Below, piece by piece: positions 45,282 through 55,231 of a stretch of DNA of 64,000 bases. The stretch is from NCBI GenBank assembly GCA_964503465.1, contig CAZCYZ010000001.1, forward strand, positions 129,702-193,701. The letters are read 5' to 3'. The notes below the pieces were generated by a model. The model did not search any database and was not told the DNA's origin. It saw only the letters and a program-made list of their open reading frames with translations. Source of the DNA: an uncultured Gammaproteobacteria bacterium (GTDB taxonomy: Bacteria; Patescibacteriota; Microgenomatia; UBA12405). How positions within the stretch are numbered: the stretch's first letter is position 1; the number at the start of each line of letters is the position of its first letter. The position numbers and the translations under genes are program-made.

Positions 45282-46715
45282 ATGGATCAACAATTCAAAA
45301 AAGAACAACTTAAGGATCGCAATCTTGATTTATCCGAGTGGTACAACGATATTGTTCTCAAGGCCGAATTGGCCGACTACGCCCCCGTCAAGGGCTGCAT
45401 GGTCATCCGCCCCTATGGTTATGCCCTTTGGGAAGGAATCCAGAACTTTATGGATAAGCTCATCAAGGACTATGGCGTTCACAATGCCTATTTTCCCCTC
45501 TTTATCCCCATGCATTATCTTCAAAAAGAAAAAGAACACGTTAAAGGTTTCTCCCCTCAACTAGCGGTAGTTACCCATGGCGGTGGCGAGAAGCTTGCTG
45601 AAAATTTGGCTGTCAGGCCCACTTCCGAAACTATTATGTACGACATGTATCGCAAGTGGACTAATTCTTGGCGTGATTTACCCATCCTCATTAACCAGTG
45701 GTGCAATGTCGTTCGATGGGAAAAACGCACCTATCTCTTCTTGCGCACTTCAGAGTTCTTGTGGCAGGAGGGCCATTGTGCCCATCTAACCCAAGAAGAA
45801 AATCTCAAAACTGTTTTCTGGGCTCTGGATATGTATCAGCAAACTTACAACCAACTTCTGGCCATGTATGGCATCAAAGGTGTCAAAAGTTCCAGCGAAA
45901 AATTCCCTGGTGCCGGTAACACTTACACTTTTGAATCCCTCATGCCCAATGGTAAATCACTTCAAGCTTGCACCTCCCATGATTTGGGTCAAAACTTCAG
46001 CAAGTCGTTTGAGTGGACAGTTCAGGATCAGTCAAAAAACAAAATTTATCCTTATCAAAACTCTTGGGGCTTTTCTACTCGCAGTATCGGCGGCCTGATC
46101 ATGGCCCATGGTGATCAAAACGGTCTTAAACTTCCTCCTAGCATTGCCCCCATCCAGGCCGTTATCGTTCCTATTCCTGGTCACTCCCAAGCCCTTCCCC
46201 AGGCCGACAAAATTTATCCCCAGCTCAAAAACAATTTCCGGGTCAAACTTGACGACTTTGAAGGTGAAACCGCAGGTTTCAAGTTCAATCATTGGGAACT
46301 CAAGGGTGTTCCCCTTAGAATCGAAATTGGCGACCGTGATGTTAGTAATCATAGTGCCGTTTTGGTCCGCCGTGACACTGGTGAAAAAGTTACTGTCGAT
46401 GTTGATAACCTTAACTCATCTATTACCAAAATCTTGGCCGATATTCAGGACTCACTTTTTGCCGCTCACCAAAAATTTACCGACAGTCACACCCATTCTG
46501 TTGATTCCTATCAGGACTTTAAACAGATTATGTCCACCGATCGTGGTTTCATTCGAGCCCATTGGTGTGAAGATGCCAATTGTGAAACCAAAATCAAAGA
46601 CGATACCAAAGCGACCACCCGTTGCCTTCCTCTTGATGCTCCCACGGAATCTGGTAAGTGCATTTATTGTGGCCGCCCCTCAACTCATCGCTGGCTCTTT
46701 GGTCTTAGTTACTGA
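45282..46715 (+). CDS. proS: prolyl-tRNA synthetase, archaeal/eukaryotic-like type (no bacterial INS editing domain, C-terminal zinc-binding domain)
   Basis: Motifs WYNDIVLKAELADYAPVKGCMVIRPYGYALWE and RTSEFLWQEGH, class II motifs, and a C-terminal CEDANCE...CIYCGRPS. The ATG is at 45282; the track start at 45276 is TTG. Confidence 0.93.
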   Translation: MDQQFKKEQLKDRNLDLSEWYNDIVLKAELADYAPVKGCMVIRPYGYALWEGIQNFMDKLIKDYGVHNAYFPLFIPMHYLQKEKEHVKGFSPQLAVVTHGGGEKLAENLAVRPTSETIMYDMYRKWTNSWRDLPILINQWCNVVRWEKRTYLFLRTSEFLWQEGHCAHLTQEENLKTVFWALDMYQQTYNQLLAMYGIKGVKSSSEKFPGAGNTYTFESLMPNGKSLQACTSHDLGQNFSKSFEWTVQDQSKNKIYPYQNSWGFSTRSIGGLIMAHGDQNGLKLPPSIAPIQAVIVPIPGHSQALPQADKIYPQLKNNFRVKLDDFEGETAGFKFNHWELKGVPLRIEIGDRDVSNHSAVLVRRDTGEKVTVDVDNLNSSITKILADIQDSLFAAHQKFTDSHTHSVDSYQDFKQIMSTDRGFIRAHWCEDANCETKIKDDTKATTRCLPLDAPTESGKCIYCGRPSTHRWLFGLSY

Positions 46716-46754
46716 TCACTGTTCACTAATCACCGATCACTGATATACTGAAGT

Positions 46755-48887
46755 ATGGCCAGACGCGGGCGAAAAAAGAAAAAACACAGCACTGTTCCCA
46801 GTTTCCGTCTCCGCCCCGATACTGTTAATTCTATTTTCTTTATTTTTTTTCTTCTCCTCTCCATTGTCTCTGTTTTTTCCTTTCTCCAGATTGGTCCACT
46901 TCCTACCCAATACAATCTTTTTCTTTCTAAATACTTTGGTTTCGCCTCCGTTTTAATCCCTTTCCTTTTAGTCTTAGTTTCTTTTATTTTTACTAAAATA
47001 AAAATCCCTCTTAAAGAACCCAACGTTCCCTTGGGGTTTTCTTTAATGCTCATTTCCGTTGTTAGCCTTTTTCAGCAGGGGATAGTTGGTCGTTTTATTT
47101 GGGATCAACTCATTTATCTTTTTACCAGTCCTGCTATCGTTTTTTTGCTTTTCTTCTTTCTTTTCACAGTTGGCTTTGTGGTCCTCTTTGATACCTCAGT
47201 CGTTCAAATAGTTCGCACTGTTTTGCGGATCTTGGCTATTATTCGTAAATACACCCTCGGGTCTCGTTCCCGTCTCTCCTCAATCAAAAAACCAAATCGC
47301 GATGAAGCCATTTATGTTGAATCACCCAAAGAAAATGAAAAAGAGAAAGCTAATGACTTTGTTGTCGGTGTTCCTCCAGTTCTCAAATCCTCCTCCACTA
47401 CTCCCACTCTTCCTCTCAAATCTCCGCCGATTAATTCTTCCAGTCACCAGGTCTGGGAATATCCACCTATCACGATTTTTGAAGATCCTACTGGTACCAA
47501 GGCTGACCGCGGTGATGTCCGTCACAATGCTCAGACTATTGAGCAAACTCTTGATTCCTTCGGTATTACCGCTCGGGTCAAAGAAATCAACAATAGCCCT
47601 TCGGTGACTCAATATGCTCTTGAGGTTGCCCTGGGTACTAAGTTGGCTAAAATCATGAGTCTTAGTAACGACTTGGCTATGGCCCTAGCCGCTCCCGGTG
47701 GTCAAATCCGTGTCGAAGCTCCAATCCCTGGTCGTTCTTTAGTTGGCATCGAAGTTCCCAATCGTTCACTTGAAATCGTTCCTATCAGAAAAATTATTGA
47801 ATCCGACCCCATGAAGCATTCCAAGTCCAAGTTAGCCGTGCCCCTAGGTCTCGATGTTGGTGGTAACCCTCGAATTGCTGACATTACCAAAATGCCCCAT
47901 GTTCTTATCGCTGGTCAAACTGGCTCTGGAAAATCAGTTTGTGTTAACTCCTGGATTTGTTCACTCCTATTTCGTTCCTCTCCTGACGAAGTTAAACTAA
48001 TCCTTGTCGATCCCAAACGAGTCGAACTAACCCCATACAATGGTATTCCGCACTTATTAACCCCGGTTATCGTTGAACCAGAGAAGGTTGTTTCTGCCCT
48101 CAAATGGGCCGTTTCCGAAATGGAGCGTCGTTATAAGGTCTTCACCGAAATTGGCGCTAAAAATATTGAAAGTTTTAATGATATGTCGGGTTTCCAGTCA
48201 ATGCCATACATTGTTATTTTTGTTGATGAATTAGCAGAAATTATCATGTACTCTCCCTCCGAGGTTGAGGACAATATTTGTCGATTAGCCCAAATGGCCC
48301 GAGCCGTGGGTATTCATTTGGTTTTGGCCACCCAGCGGCCATCAGTCAATGTTATTACCGGCTTAATTAAAGCTAATGTTCCTACCAGAATTGCTTTTGC
48401 TGTTGCCTCAATGACCGATTCTCGGGTAGTGTTGGACACTCCTGGTGCCGAAAAACTTCTTGGTAGAGGAGATATGTTATATATCCCCCCCGATCTAGCC
48501 AAACCAATTCGTATTCAAATGTGTCTAATTACCGACGCCGAAACTAATCGCTTGATTGATCACCTCAAAAATCAGGCTAGTACTCAGCCACAATACAATG
48601 ACCAAATTACCAGCCAACCAGTTGCTAGCCCCACCTCCAAAAGCGTCAATCTTCAATCAGTCGATGGCGAAGAACGTGACGCCGTTTTTGATCAGGCGGT
48701 CGCTCTAATTCAGTCGTCAGGCAAGGCTTCGGCTTCCTTGTTCCAGCGTCATCTCAAACTTGGATATGCACGGGCTGCTCGTCTTTTGGACCAACTAGAA
48801 TCGGCTGGTATTGTTAGTCCCGGTCAAGGCGCCAAACCTCGTCAAATTCTTATTCCCCACACACCCTCTAGTGATGACGAAGCCTAA
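46755..48887 (+). CDS. ftsK: DNA translocase FtsK
   Basis: Four N-terminal TM helices and a linker. The motor domain has GQTGSGKSV, FVDELAEI and ATQRPS. The C-terminal gamma domain has ASASLFQRHLKLGYARAARLLDQLE. Confidence 0.94.
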   Translation: MARRGRKKKKHSTVPSFRLRPDTVNSIFFIFFLLLSIVSVFSFLQIGPLPTQYNLFLSKYFGFASVLIPFLLVLVSFIFTKIKIPLKEPNVPLGFSLMLISVVSLFQQGIVGRFIWDQLIYLFTSPAIVFLLFFFLFTVGFVVLFDTSVVQIVRTVLRILAIIRKYTLGSRSRLSSIKKPNRDEAIYVESPKENEKEKANDFVVGVPPVLKSSSTTPTLPLKSPPINSSSHQVWEYPPITIFEDPTGTKADRGDVRHNAQTIEQTLDSFGITARVKEINNSPSVTQYALEVALGTKLAKIMSLSNDLAMALAAPGGQIRVEAPIPGRSLVGIEVPNRSLEIVPIRKIIESDPMKHSKSKLAVPLGLDVGGNPRIADITKMPHVLIAGQTGSGKSVCVNSWICSLLFRSSPDEVKLILVDPKRVELTPYNGIPHLLTPVIVEPEKVVSALKWAVSEMERRYKVFTEIGAKNIESFNDMSGFQSMPYIVIFVDELAEIIMYSPSEVEDNICRLAQMARAVGIHLVLATQRPSVNVITGLIKANVPTRIAFAVASMTDSRVVLDTPGAEKLLGRGDMLYIPPDLAKPIRIQMCLITDAETNRLIDHLKNQASTQPQYNDQITSQPVASPTSKSVNLQSVDGEERDAVFDQAVALIQSSGKASASLFQRHLKLGYARAARLLDQLESAGIVSPGQGAKPRQILIPHTPSSDDEA

Positions 48888-48893
48888 CAACTT

Positions 48894-49487
48894 ATGCATC
48901 GTGCTTCAACCACTCTTTCCACTACTCGTCTCGACAAAGAATTAACATACGACGAAATTTCCAAAAGAACAAAAATTCCCATTAAGTACCTAGAAGCCAT
49001 TGAAGCGGAAAATACCCAAAATCTTCCCAATGAGCCCTACTGTTCCTTGATAGTCAAAGATTACGCTGAATCTCTTGGTCTCAATGGTTCTCATCTTCTC
49101 TCACTTTTCCGCCGTGATGTTCTTACCCCCAGACGTTTGCAACCAACTAGTCGGAAAATTTTGTCTTTTACTCCGCAGTTGGCCTTAACTCTAGTTATGA
49201 CTATCTCATTTCTGACTTTTGCTGGGTATTTATTTTACGAATACAACAAATTTAACCGCCCACCAAGTTTAAAAATCGATTGGCCCGAAAAAATCAACGA
49301 TTCTAAATTGGAAATTACTGGTATTACCGATCCAGAAGCTACTATTCGTGTCAATGACAGTTTAGTCATCGTCGACGCTAATGGCCATTTTTCCAAGAAG
49401 ATAAACATTGATACCAATCCTGCCAAGATTATCATTGAATCAAAATCTCGTGGGGGCAAAACCACCGTTGAAGAGAAAACCTACTAA
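48894..49487 (+). CDS. RodZ-like helix-turn-helix membrane protein
   Basis: N-terminal HTH LTYDEISKRTKIPIKYLEAIEAEN, a central TM helix (LALTLVMTISFLTFAGYLFY) and an extracytoplasmic beta-rich C-terminus. Confidence 0.6.
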   Translation: MHRASTTLSTTRLDKELTYDEISKRTKIPIKYLEAIEAENTQNLPNEPYCSLIVKDYAESLGLNGSHLLSLFRRDVLTPRRLQPTSRKILSFTPQLALTLVMTISFLTFAGYLFYEYNKFNRPPSLKIDWPEKINDSKLEITGITDPEATIRVNDSLVIVDANGHFSKKINIDTNPAKIIIESKSRGGKTTVEEKTY

Positions 49488-49505
49488 GTGTATAAATAAA
49501 CATAG

Positions 49506-49751
49506 ATGGACCCAACCCAAATAGTCATTATTCTCAGCTTGATTTCCATCACTGTTGTTTTTGTTGTTGTTGGTATTTGGCTAGTTCTTGTTCTTCGTGA
49601 AGCCAAACAAATTCTTGAAGATACTCACTCTATTACTTCTTCAGTCGCCAAACCAGTTAATTCTTTTTCCGAATTCTTGATGGGCTTCAAAAACGGCTTT
49701 ACTCTTTTCAACAAGTTTTTTCCCGACAACCAAGATGAGTCAAAGAAATAA
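49506..49751 (+). CDS. small membrane protein (81 aa)
   Basis: N-terminal TM helix IVIILSLISITVVFVVVGIWLVLVL. It is on the same strand and tightly packed. Confidence 0.45.
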   Translation: MDPTQIVIILSLISITVVFVVVGIWLVLVLREAKQILEDTHSITSSVAKPVNSFSEFLMGFKNGFTLFNKFFPDNQDESKK

Positions 49752-50031
49752 TTCATGTGATTGTTGTTCATCTTCCTCTTCTGGTTTTGTTTTTGGTCTT
49801 ATTTGTGGTGCCATTATCGCCGCTCTAGTGGCCATTTATGTCTACCGTAATCCCAAGTCAGAAGTTTTCCAAAATCTCAAGAAAAAGTTTGACGAATTTT
49901 TTAAAACCAAATCATCCCCACCTCCAAAGAACCACAAAAAATCTGTCACCCTCCCTCCTATGTTGGCTGTTACCACCCCTCCTTCGGCTCCCAAGATCAA
50001 AGCTAAAAAGTTTCTCAAACCGAAGAAATAA
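49735..50031 (+). CDS. small membrane protein (98 aa), YtxH-like appearance
   Basis: TM helix GFVFGLICGAIIAALVAIYVY followed by a Lys/Pro-rich tail. It overlaps the upstream ORF by 17 nt. Confidence 0.4.
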   Translation: MSQRNNSCDCCSSSSSGFVFGLICGAIIAALVAIYVYRNPKSEVFQNLKKKFDEFFKTKSSPPPKNHKKSVTLPPMLAVTTPPSAPKIKAKKFLKPKK

Positions 50032-50061
50032 TCTCTCTCGTTTCTGTTATATAATTCCCCT

Positions 50062-51822
50062 ATGACTCCTCGGGATTTAAAGGACAAATTTGTTAAATTT
50101 TTTGTTAATCGTGGCCATGTCGAAATTCCCAGTGCTTCTCTCGTTCCCGAAAATGATCCAACCACTCTCTTTATATCCGCTGGGATGCATCCACTAGTTC
50201 CATTTTTACTCGGCCAGCCGCACCCTCTGGGTCAGCGTTTGGTTGACGTTCAAAAAAGCCTCCGTACCGGCGATATTGAGGAAACAGGGGATACTGTTCA
50301 CCACACTTTTTTTGAAATGCTTGGTAATTGGAGTTTGGGTGATTATTTCAAGAAAGAACAAATTGAATGGAGTTATGAATTCCTAACCAAAGAACTTGGC
50401 TATGACCCTGCAGCTATCCATGTTACCTGTTTCGAAGGCGATATCGATGCTCCAAAGGATGAAGAGTCGGCCGCCATTTGGGAATCAGTTGGAATTCCTA
50501 AAGACAGGATTCACTTTCTTCCCAAGAAAGACAACTGGTGGGGTCCGGCCGGATCTACTGGTCCTTGTGGTCCCGACACCGAAATGTTTGTTGACACTAA
50601 ACCAGAAGAAGGACCAATTGATTTTGTTGTCGGTTGTCAATCATGTCGGATCGTTGAAATTGGTAACGATGTTTTTATGCAATATAACAAAACTACTAAT
50701 GGTCAATATGTTCTTTTGCCTCAGAAAAATGTCGATACTGGTTGGGGAGTTGAACGCAACACTGCTATTGCCAATGGTCACGCCGACAATTATTTAACGG
50801 TCATATGGCAACCAATTATTAAAAAGATCGAACAACTATCAGGTAAAAAATACGACCAAGATCCTCGACCTTTCAGAATTATTGCTGACCATATCCGTGC
50901 GGCTGTTTTTGTTATCGCTGATGGTGTTGAACCCAGCAACAAGGAAAGGGGATATGTCCTTCGTCGTCTTATTCGCCGCTCGATCCGTCAGGGAAAACTA
51001 CTAGGAATCGAACATAACTTTATCGTTGCCATTGGTCGGGCGGTTCTTGATAATCAGGGAAATTACGCTGGGATCTATCCTGAACTAAGTCAAAACAAAG
51101 ACAAAATTTTAAATATTCTTGATCTTGAGGAAAATAAATTCCGCAAAACCCTAAACCACGGTCTTTCACAAATCCAAAGACTGATCGATCGCCAAAAGTC
51201 TGTTTCCGGTCAAGAGGCCTTTGATATTTATCAAAGTTTTGGTTTTCCAGCCGAAATGATTGAGGAAGAACTCAAGAAAAACAATTTAACCTTAGATATC
51301 GATGAGTTTAACAAATTTAAACTAGATCATATTGAAAAATCTCGCACCCTTTCTGCTGGTATGTTTAAATCCGGCCTGGCCGACCATTCTGAAGCCATGA
51401 CCAAATATCATACCGCCACTCATCTTCTTCACGCCGCCCTTCGTCAGATTCTTGGAACCCATGTTCAGCAATCGGGTTCCAATATTACCGCCGAGCGTCT
51501 TCGTTTCGATTTTTCCCACCCAGACAAACTTACCGACGACCAATTGGCTCAAGTTTCTAATTTAATAAACCAAAAAATAACCGAAGGGATTGAGGTTAAG
51601 GTTGACACCATGAAATTTGTTGACGCCAAAAATTCCGGTGCTCTAGCTTTTTTTGGGGCCAAATATCCCGAAGTTGTTACCGTCTATACCATTAATGGTT
51701 TTTCCAAAGAAGTCTGTACTGGTCCTCACGTCACCAATACCTCAAAGCTTGGTCAGTTCCAAATTATCAAAGAAGAGTCGGCTGGTAGTGGTAAACGTCG
51801 CATCTACGCTATACTAATTTGA
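50062..51822 (+). CDS. alaS: alanyl-tRNA synthetase (short form lacking the C-Ala/DHHA1 domain)
   Basis: Motifs FFVNRGHVEIPSASLVP, FEMLGNWSLGDYFK and WWGPAGSTGPCGPDTE. The editing domain has HTATHLLHAALRQ and CTGPHV. The protein ends after the editing domain at 586 aa. Confidence 0.94.
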   Translation: MTPRDLKDKFVKFFVNRGHVEIPSASLVPENDPTTLFISAGMHPLVPFLLGQPHPLGQRLVDVQKSLRTGDIEETGDTVHHTFFEMLGNWSLGDYFKKEQIEWSYEFLTKELGYDPAAIHVTCFEGDIDAPKDEESAAIWESVGIPKDRIHFLPKKDNWWGPAGSTGPCGPDTEMFVDTKPEEGPIDFVVGCQSCRIVEIGNDVFMQYNKTTNGQYVLLPQKNVDTGWGVERNTAIANGHADNYLTVIWQPIIKKIEQLSGKKYDQDPRPFRIIADHIRAAVFVIADGVEPSNKERGYVLRRLIRRSIRQGKLLGIEHNFIVAIGRAVLDNQGNYAGIYPELSQNKDKILNILDLEENKFRKTLNHGLSQIQRLIDRQKSVSGQEAFDIYQSFGFPAEMIEEELKKNNLTLDIDEFNKFKLDHIEKSRTLSAGMFKSGLADHSEAMTKYHTATHLLHAALRQILGTHVQQSGSNITAERLRFDFSHPDKLTDDQLAQVSNLINQKITEGIEVKVDTMKFVDAKNSGALAFFGAKYPEVVTVYTINGFSKEVCTGPHVTNTSKLGQFQIIKEESAGSGKRRIYAILI

Positions 51823-53861
51823 TGTCCTCTTTTTGGTTAATTGTTCTTCATTCCACCCATCTCTCGGTCGTCCTAGTTGAAGGAGAACAGATTGTTGCCA
51901 CTGGCCCAAAAGTTGATTGGAACCCCGACGATGATTCGATAACCTTGGCTGTCGATCAATCACTTTCGCAAGCAGCCGAAAACCATAACCTATCCCCATC
52001 AAACGAGCCTACTCAAGCCGCTTTCGTCCTTCCTCCTGATTGGGTTGGTTCCGACGGCAAAATCACTTCTCGAATTCTGTCCAAAATTGAACTAGTCTGT
52101 CGCCAGCTAAAACTAGAGCCCATGGGTTTTGTTGGCCAGGATGAGGCCATTATTGAAAGTTTTAATTCCAATGGCGGTGTTCCTGCTAGTTTTGTTCTTA
52201 TCCATTTCGATCACCAAAGCTTTGATATCTCATTAATATTCTTAGGTCAAATCAAAAAACGTATTTTTCAGAGTTTCACTCCACCATTTACCCCCACCAT
52301 CCTTGAGTCAGTTCTCAATTCACTCGATCAAGATTCAACTCTTCCTCCTCGAATTATCGTTTTTGGCCACGTTTCCGAATCAGCCGTTACCGATCTGACT
52401 AATTATCCCTGGTTAAACAAACCAGATTTTAAGGCTTTTCTTCAACTTCCTGAAATTACTTATTATCCTGAATCCGAACTTATCAAGATCTATGTCGATT
52501 TAATACTTCACCAACTTCAACCACCATCCTCATCCGTTGCCTCCCCTCCACCACCTCCTCCGGAACCCGTTACTCCTCTCAACGAAGTCAGTCCCGAATC
52601 TTTTGGTTTTGGAGTAAACAATTCCGTTTTAAAGCCCGAAATCTCCCCCCCGACAATTTCCAACAGTCAACCCGTTAGACCTCCATCCCGCCCAACATTC
52701 ACTTTTCCCAAAATCAAGTTGCCTCATATTAGAATTAAACTCAAAACGAATTGGTTGTTCGCTTTCGTTTTTGTCCCGACACTATTACTAATTCCGTTTT
52801 TCTTTCTCAAAACACATCTTACTCTTTATATTAACCCTTATGTTTATTCACAGCAGTTTCCAGTCACACTTACCACCAAAATCTCCACCCTGGATACAAA
52901 TCAAAAATTAATCCCCGTCAAAGCCCAATCTTTTACTGTCACTGCCAGTGCCACCACTCCCTCAACTGGCAAGCTCACTATCGGCAATAAGGCTCGGGGA
53001 GAGATTACTATCTATAACCAACAAAACAAAGTCCAAAATATCGCCAAAGGTGCCATTATTACTGATCCAACTGGTAAAAAATTTGAACTTTTTGTTGCCA
53101 CCAACGTAGCTTCTAGTAGTTCCAATCTAGACGCTGGTATTGTCACCCTAGGCCAAACCAAAGCAACCGTAATTGCCGTTGACGTTGGCCCAGAGTACAA
53201 CCTCACCAAGGACACCAAGCTCATCTTCAAAGATTACCCCGACACTCTTCTTCTCGCTCGTTGCTCTCAGGCTTTTTCTGGTGGTAGTCGTCAGGAAGTA
53301 AATGCCGTTGCCCTTGCCGATAGAACCACCCTCGACCAAAAACTTCAGTCTCTATTAAATAGCAACATTACTGCCAAAATCGACCAAGAATTCAAAGCCA
53401 ATTCTGATATTATCAAGGAATTTTCCCAGACCAAAAAAAACCGTATTGATTTTAGTCGTGAGGTCAACGAAGAGGCAGATGAATTATCAGCTACCTTAAC
53501 TGCTTCAGTCACCCTTTTCTCACTTGCTATTCCCAAACCGCAAATTATTACGGCTTTCCTGGCCACTGACTCCACTCTTCCCCAGTTAAATTTTGATACC
53601 GATCTATCCTCCCTCAGTTTTCAGGTAAACAAATCTGATGCCAATCAAGCCTCGGCTGTTCTTAACATTCAAGGTCAGGCCTTACCCAAAATTGATATTT
53701 CCGGTCTCCAACGTAAACTTATATTTAGAACACCATCCTCTGCTGCTAAAATTCTTCAGCAACAAGTTGATCGTCTTTACGATTTCCGTCTTGTTCCAAG
53801 CTTTATTCTTCCAATCCGTCCTCAAAATATTATCATCGATATCAAAACCAACAATCAATGA
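51819..53861 (+). CDS. hypothetical bitopic membrane protein (possible actin-like/FtsA-PilM-like N-domain; baseplate-J-like C-domain)
   Basis: 680 aa. The order is a cytoplasmic N-domain, a Pro-rich linker (PPPPPPEPVTP), a TM helix (WLFAFVFVPTLLLIPFFFL) and a large external domain. The external segment GEITIYNQQNKVQNIAKGAIITDPTGKKFEL...ATVIAVDVGPEYNL reminded me of baseplate J/gp47-like repeats. The domain calls are tentative. Confidence 0.5.
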   Translation: MMSSFWLIVLHSTHLSVVLVEGEQIVATGPKVDWNPDDDSITLAVDQSLSQAAENHNLSPSNEPTQAAFVLPPDWVGSDGKITSRILSKIELVCRQLKLEPMGFVGQDEAIIESFNSNGGVPASFVLIHFDHQSFDISLIFLGQIKKRIFQSFTPPFTPTILESVLNSLDQDSTLPPRIIVFGHVSESAVTDLTNYPWLNKPDFKAFLQLPEITYYPESELIKIYVDLILHQLQPPSSSVASPPPPPPEPVTPLNEVSPESFGFGVNNSVLKPEISPPTISNSQPVRPPSRPTFTFPKIKLPHIRIKLKTNWLFAFVFVPTLLLIPFFFLKTHLTLYINPYVYSQQFPVTLTTKISTLDTNQKLIPVKAQSFTVTASATTPSTGKLTIGNKARGEITIYNQQNKVQNIAKGAIITDPTGKKFELFVATNVASSSSNLDAGIVTLGQTKATVIAVDVGPEYNLTKDTKLIFKDYPDTLLLARCSQAFSGGSRQEVNAVALADRTTLDQKLQSLLNSNITAKIDQEFKANSDIIKEFSQTKKNRIDFSREVNEEADELSATLTASVTLFSLAIPKPQIITAFLATDSTLPQLNFDTDLSSLSFQVNKSDANQASAVLNIQGQALPKIDISGLQRKLIFRTPSSAAKILQQQVDRLYDFRLVPSFILPIRPQNIIIDIKTNNQ

Positions 53862-54583
53862 CCTATATTTACGTCAAAAAAACACCACCACCTATTCGTC
53901 CCCAGCCTAGACTAAATCCGCCAACCCGTCGTATTCTTGCTTTGGTTCTTTTGTTGGCCGGTTTGGCTTTTTTAACCTCGGCCATTTTTCCCATCGTCCA
54001 GTTTCAATTAGCTTACGCCAATCGTTTCCGGGAAGTCATCAATCCGCTTTCAAGTCGCTTTTATAACCGTCAAGACAATGTTTTAGGAGATGTTGATTAT
54101 ACCCAACTTAATAACTGGTTTATTTCCAATTCAAACAACTCTACCCCGGGGACTTTAGCTTCTTCTCCATCCAACACCTACTACATTTCTATTCCCAAGC
54201 TCAACATTGATTCGGCCACTGTCGAGGTTGGCAGTCTCGATCTCAAACACAGTCTCATTCAATATCCTCAAACCGCTCTTCCGGGTCAATTTGGTAATTC
54301 AGTTATTTTTGGTCACTCCGTTTTGCCGCAGTTTTTTAACCCCAAATCATATTTAACTATTTTTTCCACTCTCTATCGTCTCAAGCAAGGTGATGAAATT
54401 TTTGTTGATTTTGATCAGATTCGTTATAAATTCTTAGTCGAAGAAATGTATGAAGTCCAACCAACCGACCTTTCAGTTCTCGAACAACGTTTTGATGGCC
54501 GTTATCTTACCCTCATCACTTGTAGTCCGCCCGGTACCTACCTCCGCCGCCTGATCGTTAAAACTCGCATTGTCGACATTTAA
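53858..54583 (+). CDS. sortase-family transpeptidase
   Basis: N-terminal TM anchor, the catalytic His in VIFGHSV, the catalytic Cys motif LTLITCSPPG, and the Arg in LRRLIVKTR. Confidence 0.85.
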   Translation: MTYIYVKKTPPPIRPQPRLNPPTRRILALVLLLAGLAFLTSAIFPIVQFQLAYANRFREVINPLSSRFYNRQDNVLGDVDYTQLNNWFISNSNNSTPGTLASSPSNTYYISIPKLNIDSATVEVGSLDLKHSLIQYPQTALPGQFGNSVIFGHSVLPQFFNPKSYLTIFSTLYRLKQGDEIFVDFDQIRYKFLVEEMYEVQPTDLSVLEQRFDGRYLTLITCSPPGTYLRRLIVKTRIVDI

Positions 54584-54595
54584 ATTATTTTTTAT

Positions 54596-54650
54596 TCTCC
54601 CTTTCCTCAAGGGGAGATGTCCCGAGCTTGTCGAGGGACAGAGGGGTTTT
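54596..54650 (+). repeat. intercistronic hairpin element, copy 2 (with an extra inserted hairpin)
   Basis: TCTCCCTTTcctcAAAGGGGAGA forms a 9-bp stem (54596-54617). It is followed by TGTCCC-N11-GGGACA (54618-54640) and AGAGGGGTTTTATTATG. The flanks match copy 1 at 13536-13568. Confidence 0.6.
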
Positions 54651-54653
54651 ATT

Positions 54654-55025
54654 ATGAATTTACTCGGTATCGACTATGGCACCAAAAGGATTGGTCTAGC
54701 CATTGCTATCAACGGTGTTATCTCTCCGCTTTCGGTCATCGTCAACGATTCAAACTCCATCACCAAAATTCAAGAAGCAATCAATCAGCACCACATACAC
54801 AAAGTATATGTAGGGGTATCGGAAGGACACTTTGCCGTTATCACTCGCCAATTTGTTGAGAAGCTCACCCATGTGTTAAAATTACCGGTCGAGACCATCG
54901 AGGAGGCTGTTTCTACCATTGAGGCCGGACAAATTTATCGGCAAAATCGTGGTAAAAATAAGCATTACCAAGATAGGATTGACGCCATTTCCGCTGCAGT
55001 TATTCTTAATCGGTTATTAATTTGA
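54654..55025 (+). CDS. ruvX: YqgF/RuvX-like pre-16S rRNA nuclease / putative Holliday junction resolvase
   Basis: MNLLGIDYGTKRIGLAIA at the ATG at 54654. The track extension from 54570 simply translates the hairpin repeat. Confidence 0.85.
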   Translation: MNLLGIDYGTKRIGLAIAINGVISPLSVIVNDSNSITKIQEAINQHHIHKVYVGVSEGHFAVITRQFVEKLTHVLKLPVETIEEAVSTIEAGQIYRQNRGKNKHYQDRIDAISAAVILNRLLI

Positions 55026-55031
55026 CCTCCA

Positions 55032-55229
55032 ATGATCAAAAATTTAATTGCCCCAATCCAAGCCTGGTTGTTATCTCAAGGACGTTGTGTCGGCTGCGGA
55101 ACTGATCTTTCTCAAGGAACCAAAAAGGAAGTTCGCGGCAAAACCACAGTTACCTGTCGTTGTGGTCGTATTTTTATCCACGATCCCGTCAAAAAGTCCT
55201 ACCGCCGAGCCTTGTTTGATGAAGTTTAG
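55032..55229 (+). CDS. small zinc-ribbon protein (65 aa)
   Basis: Two Cys pairs, CVGCG...CRCG. It is tightly packed between ruvX and mltG. Confidence 0.5.
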   Translation: MIKNLIAPIQAWLLSQGRCVGCGTDLSQGTKKEVRGKTTVTCRCGRIFIHDPVKKSYRRALFDEV

Positions 55230-55231
55230 TC

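Noticed and set aside
46108-46743. 211-aa alternative-frame ORF over the 3' half of proS (and 46730-47053 minus over the ftsK start)
   Set aside because: They overlap conserved ProRS and FtsK frames, and the translations are low-complexity.
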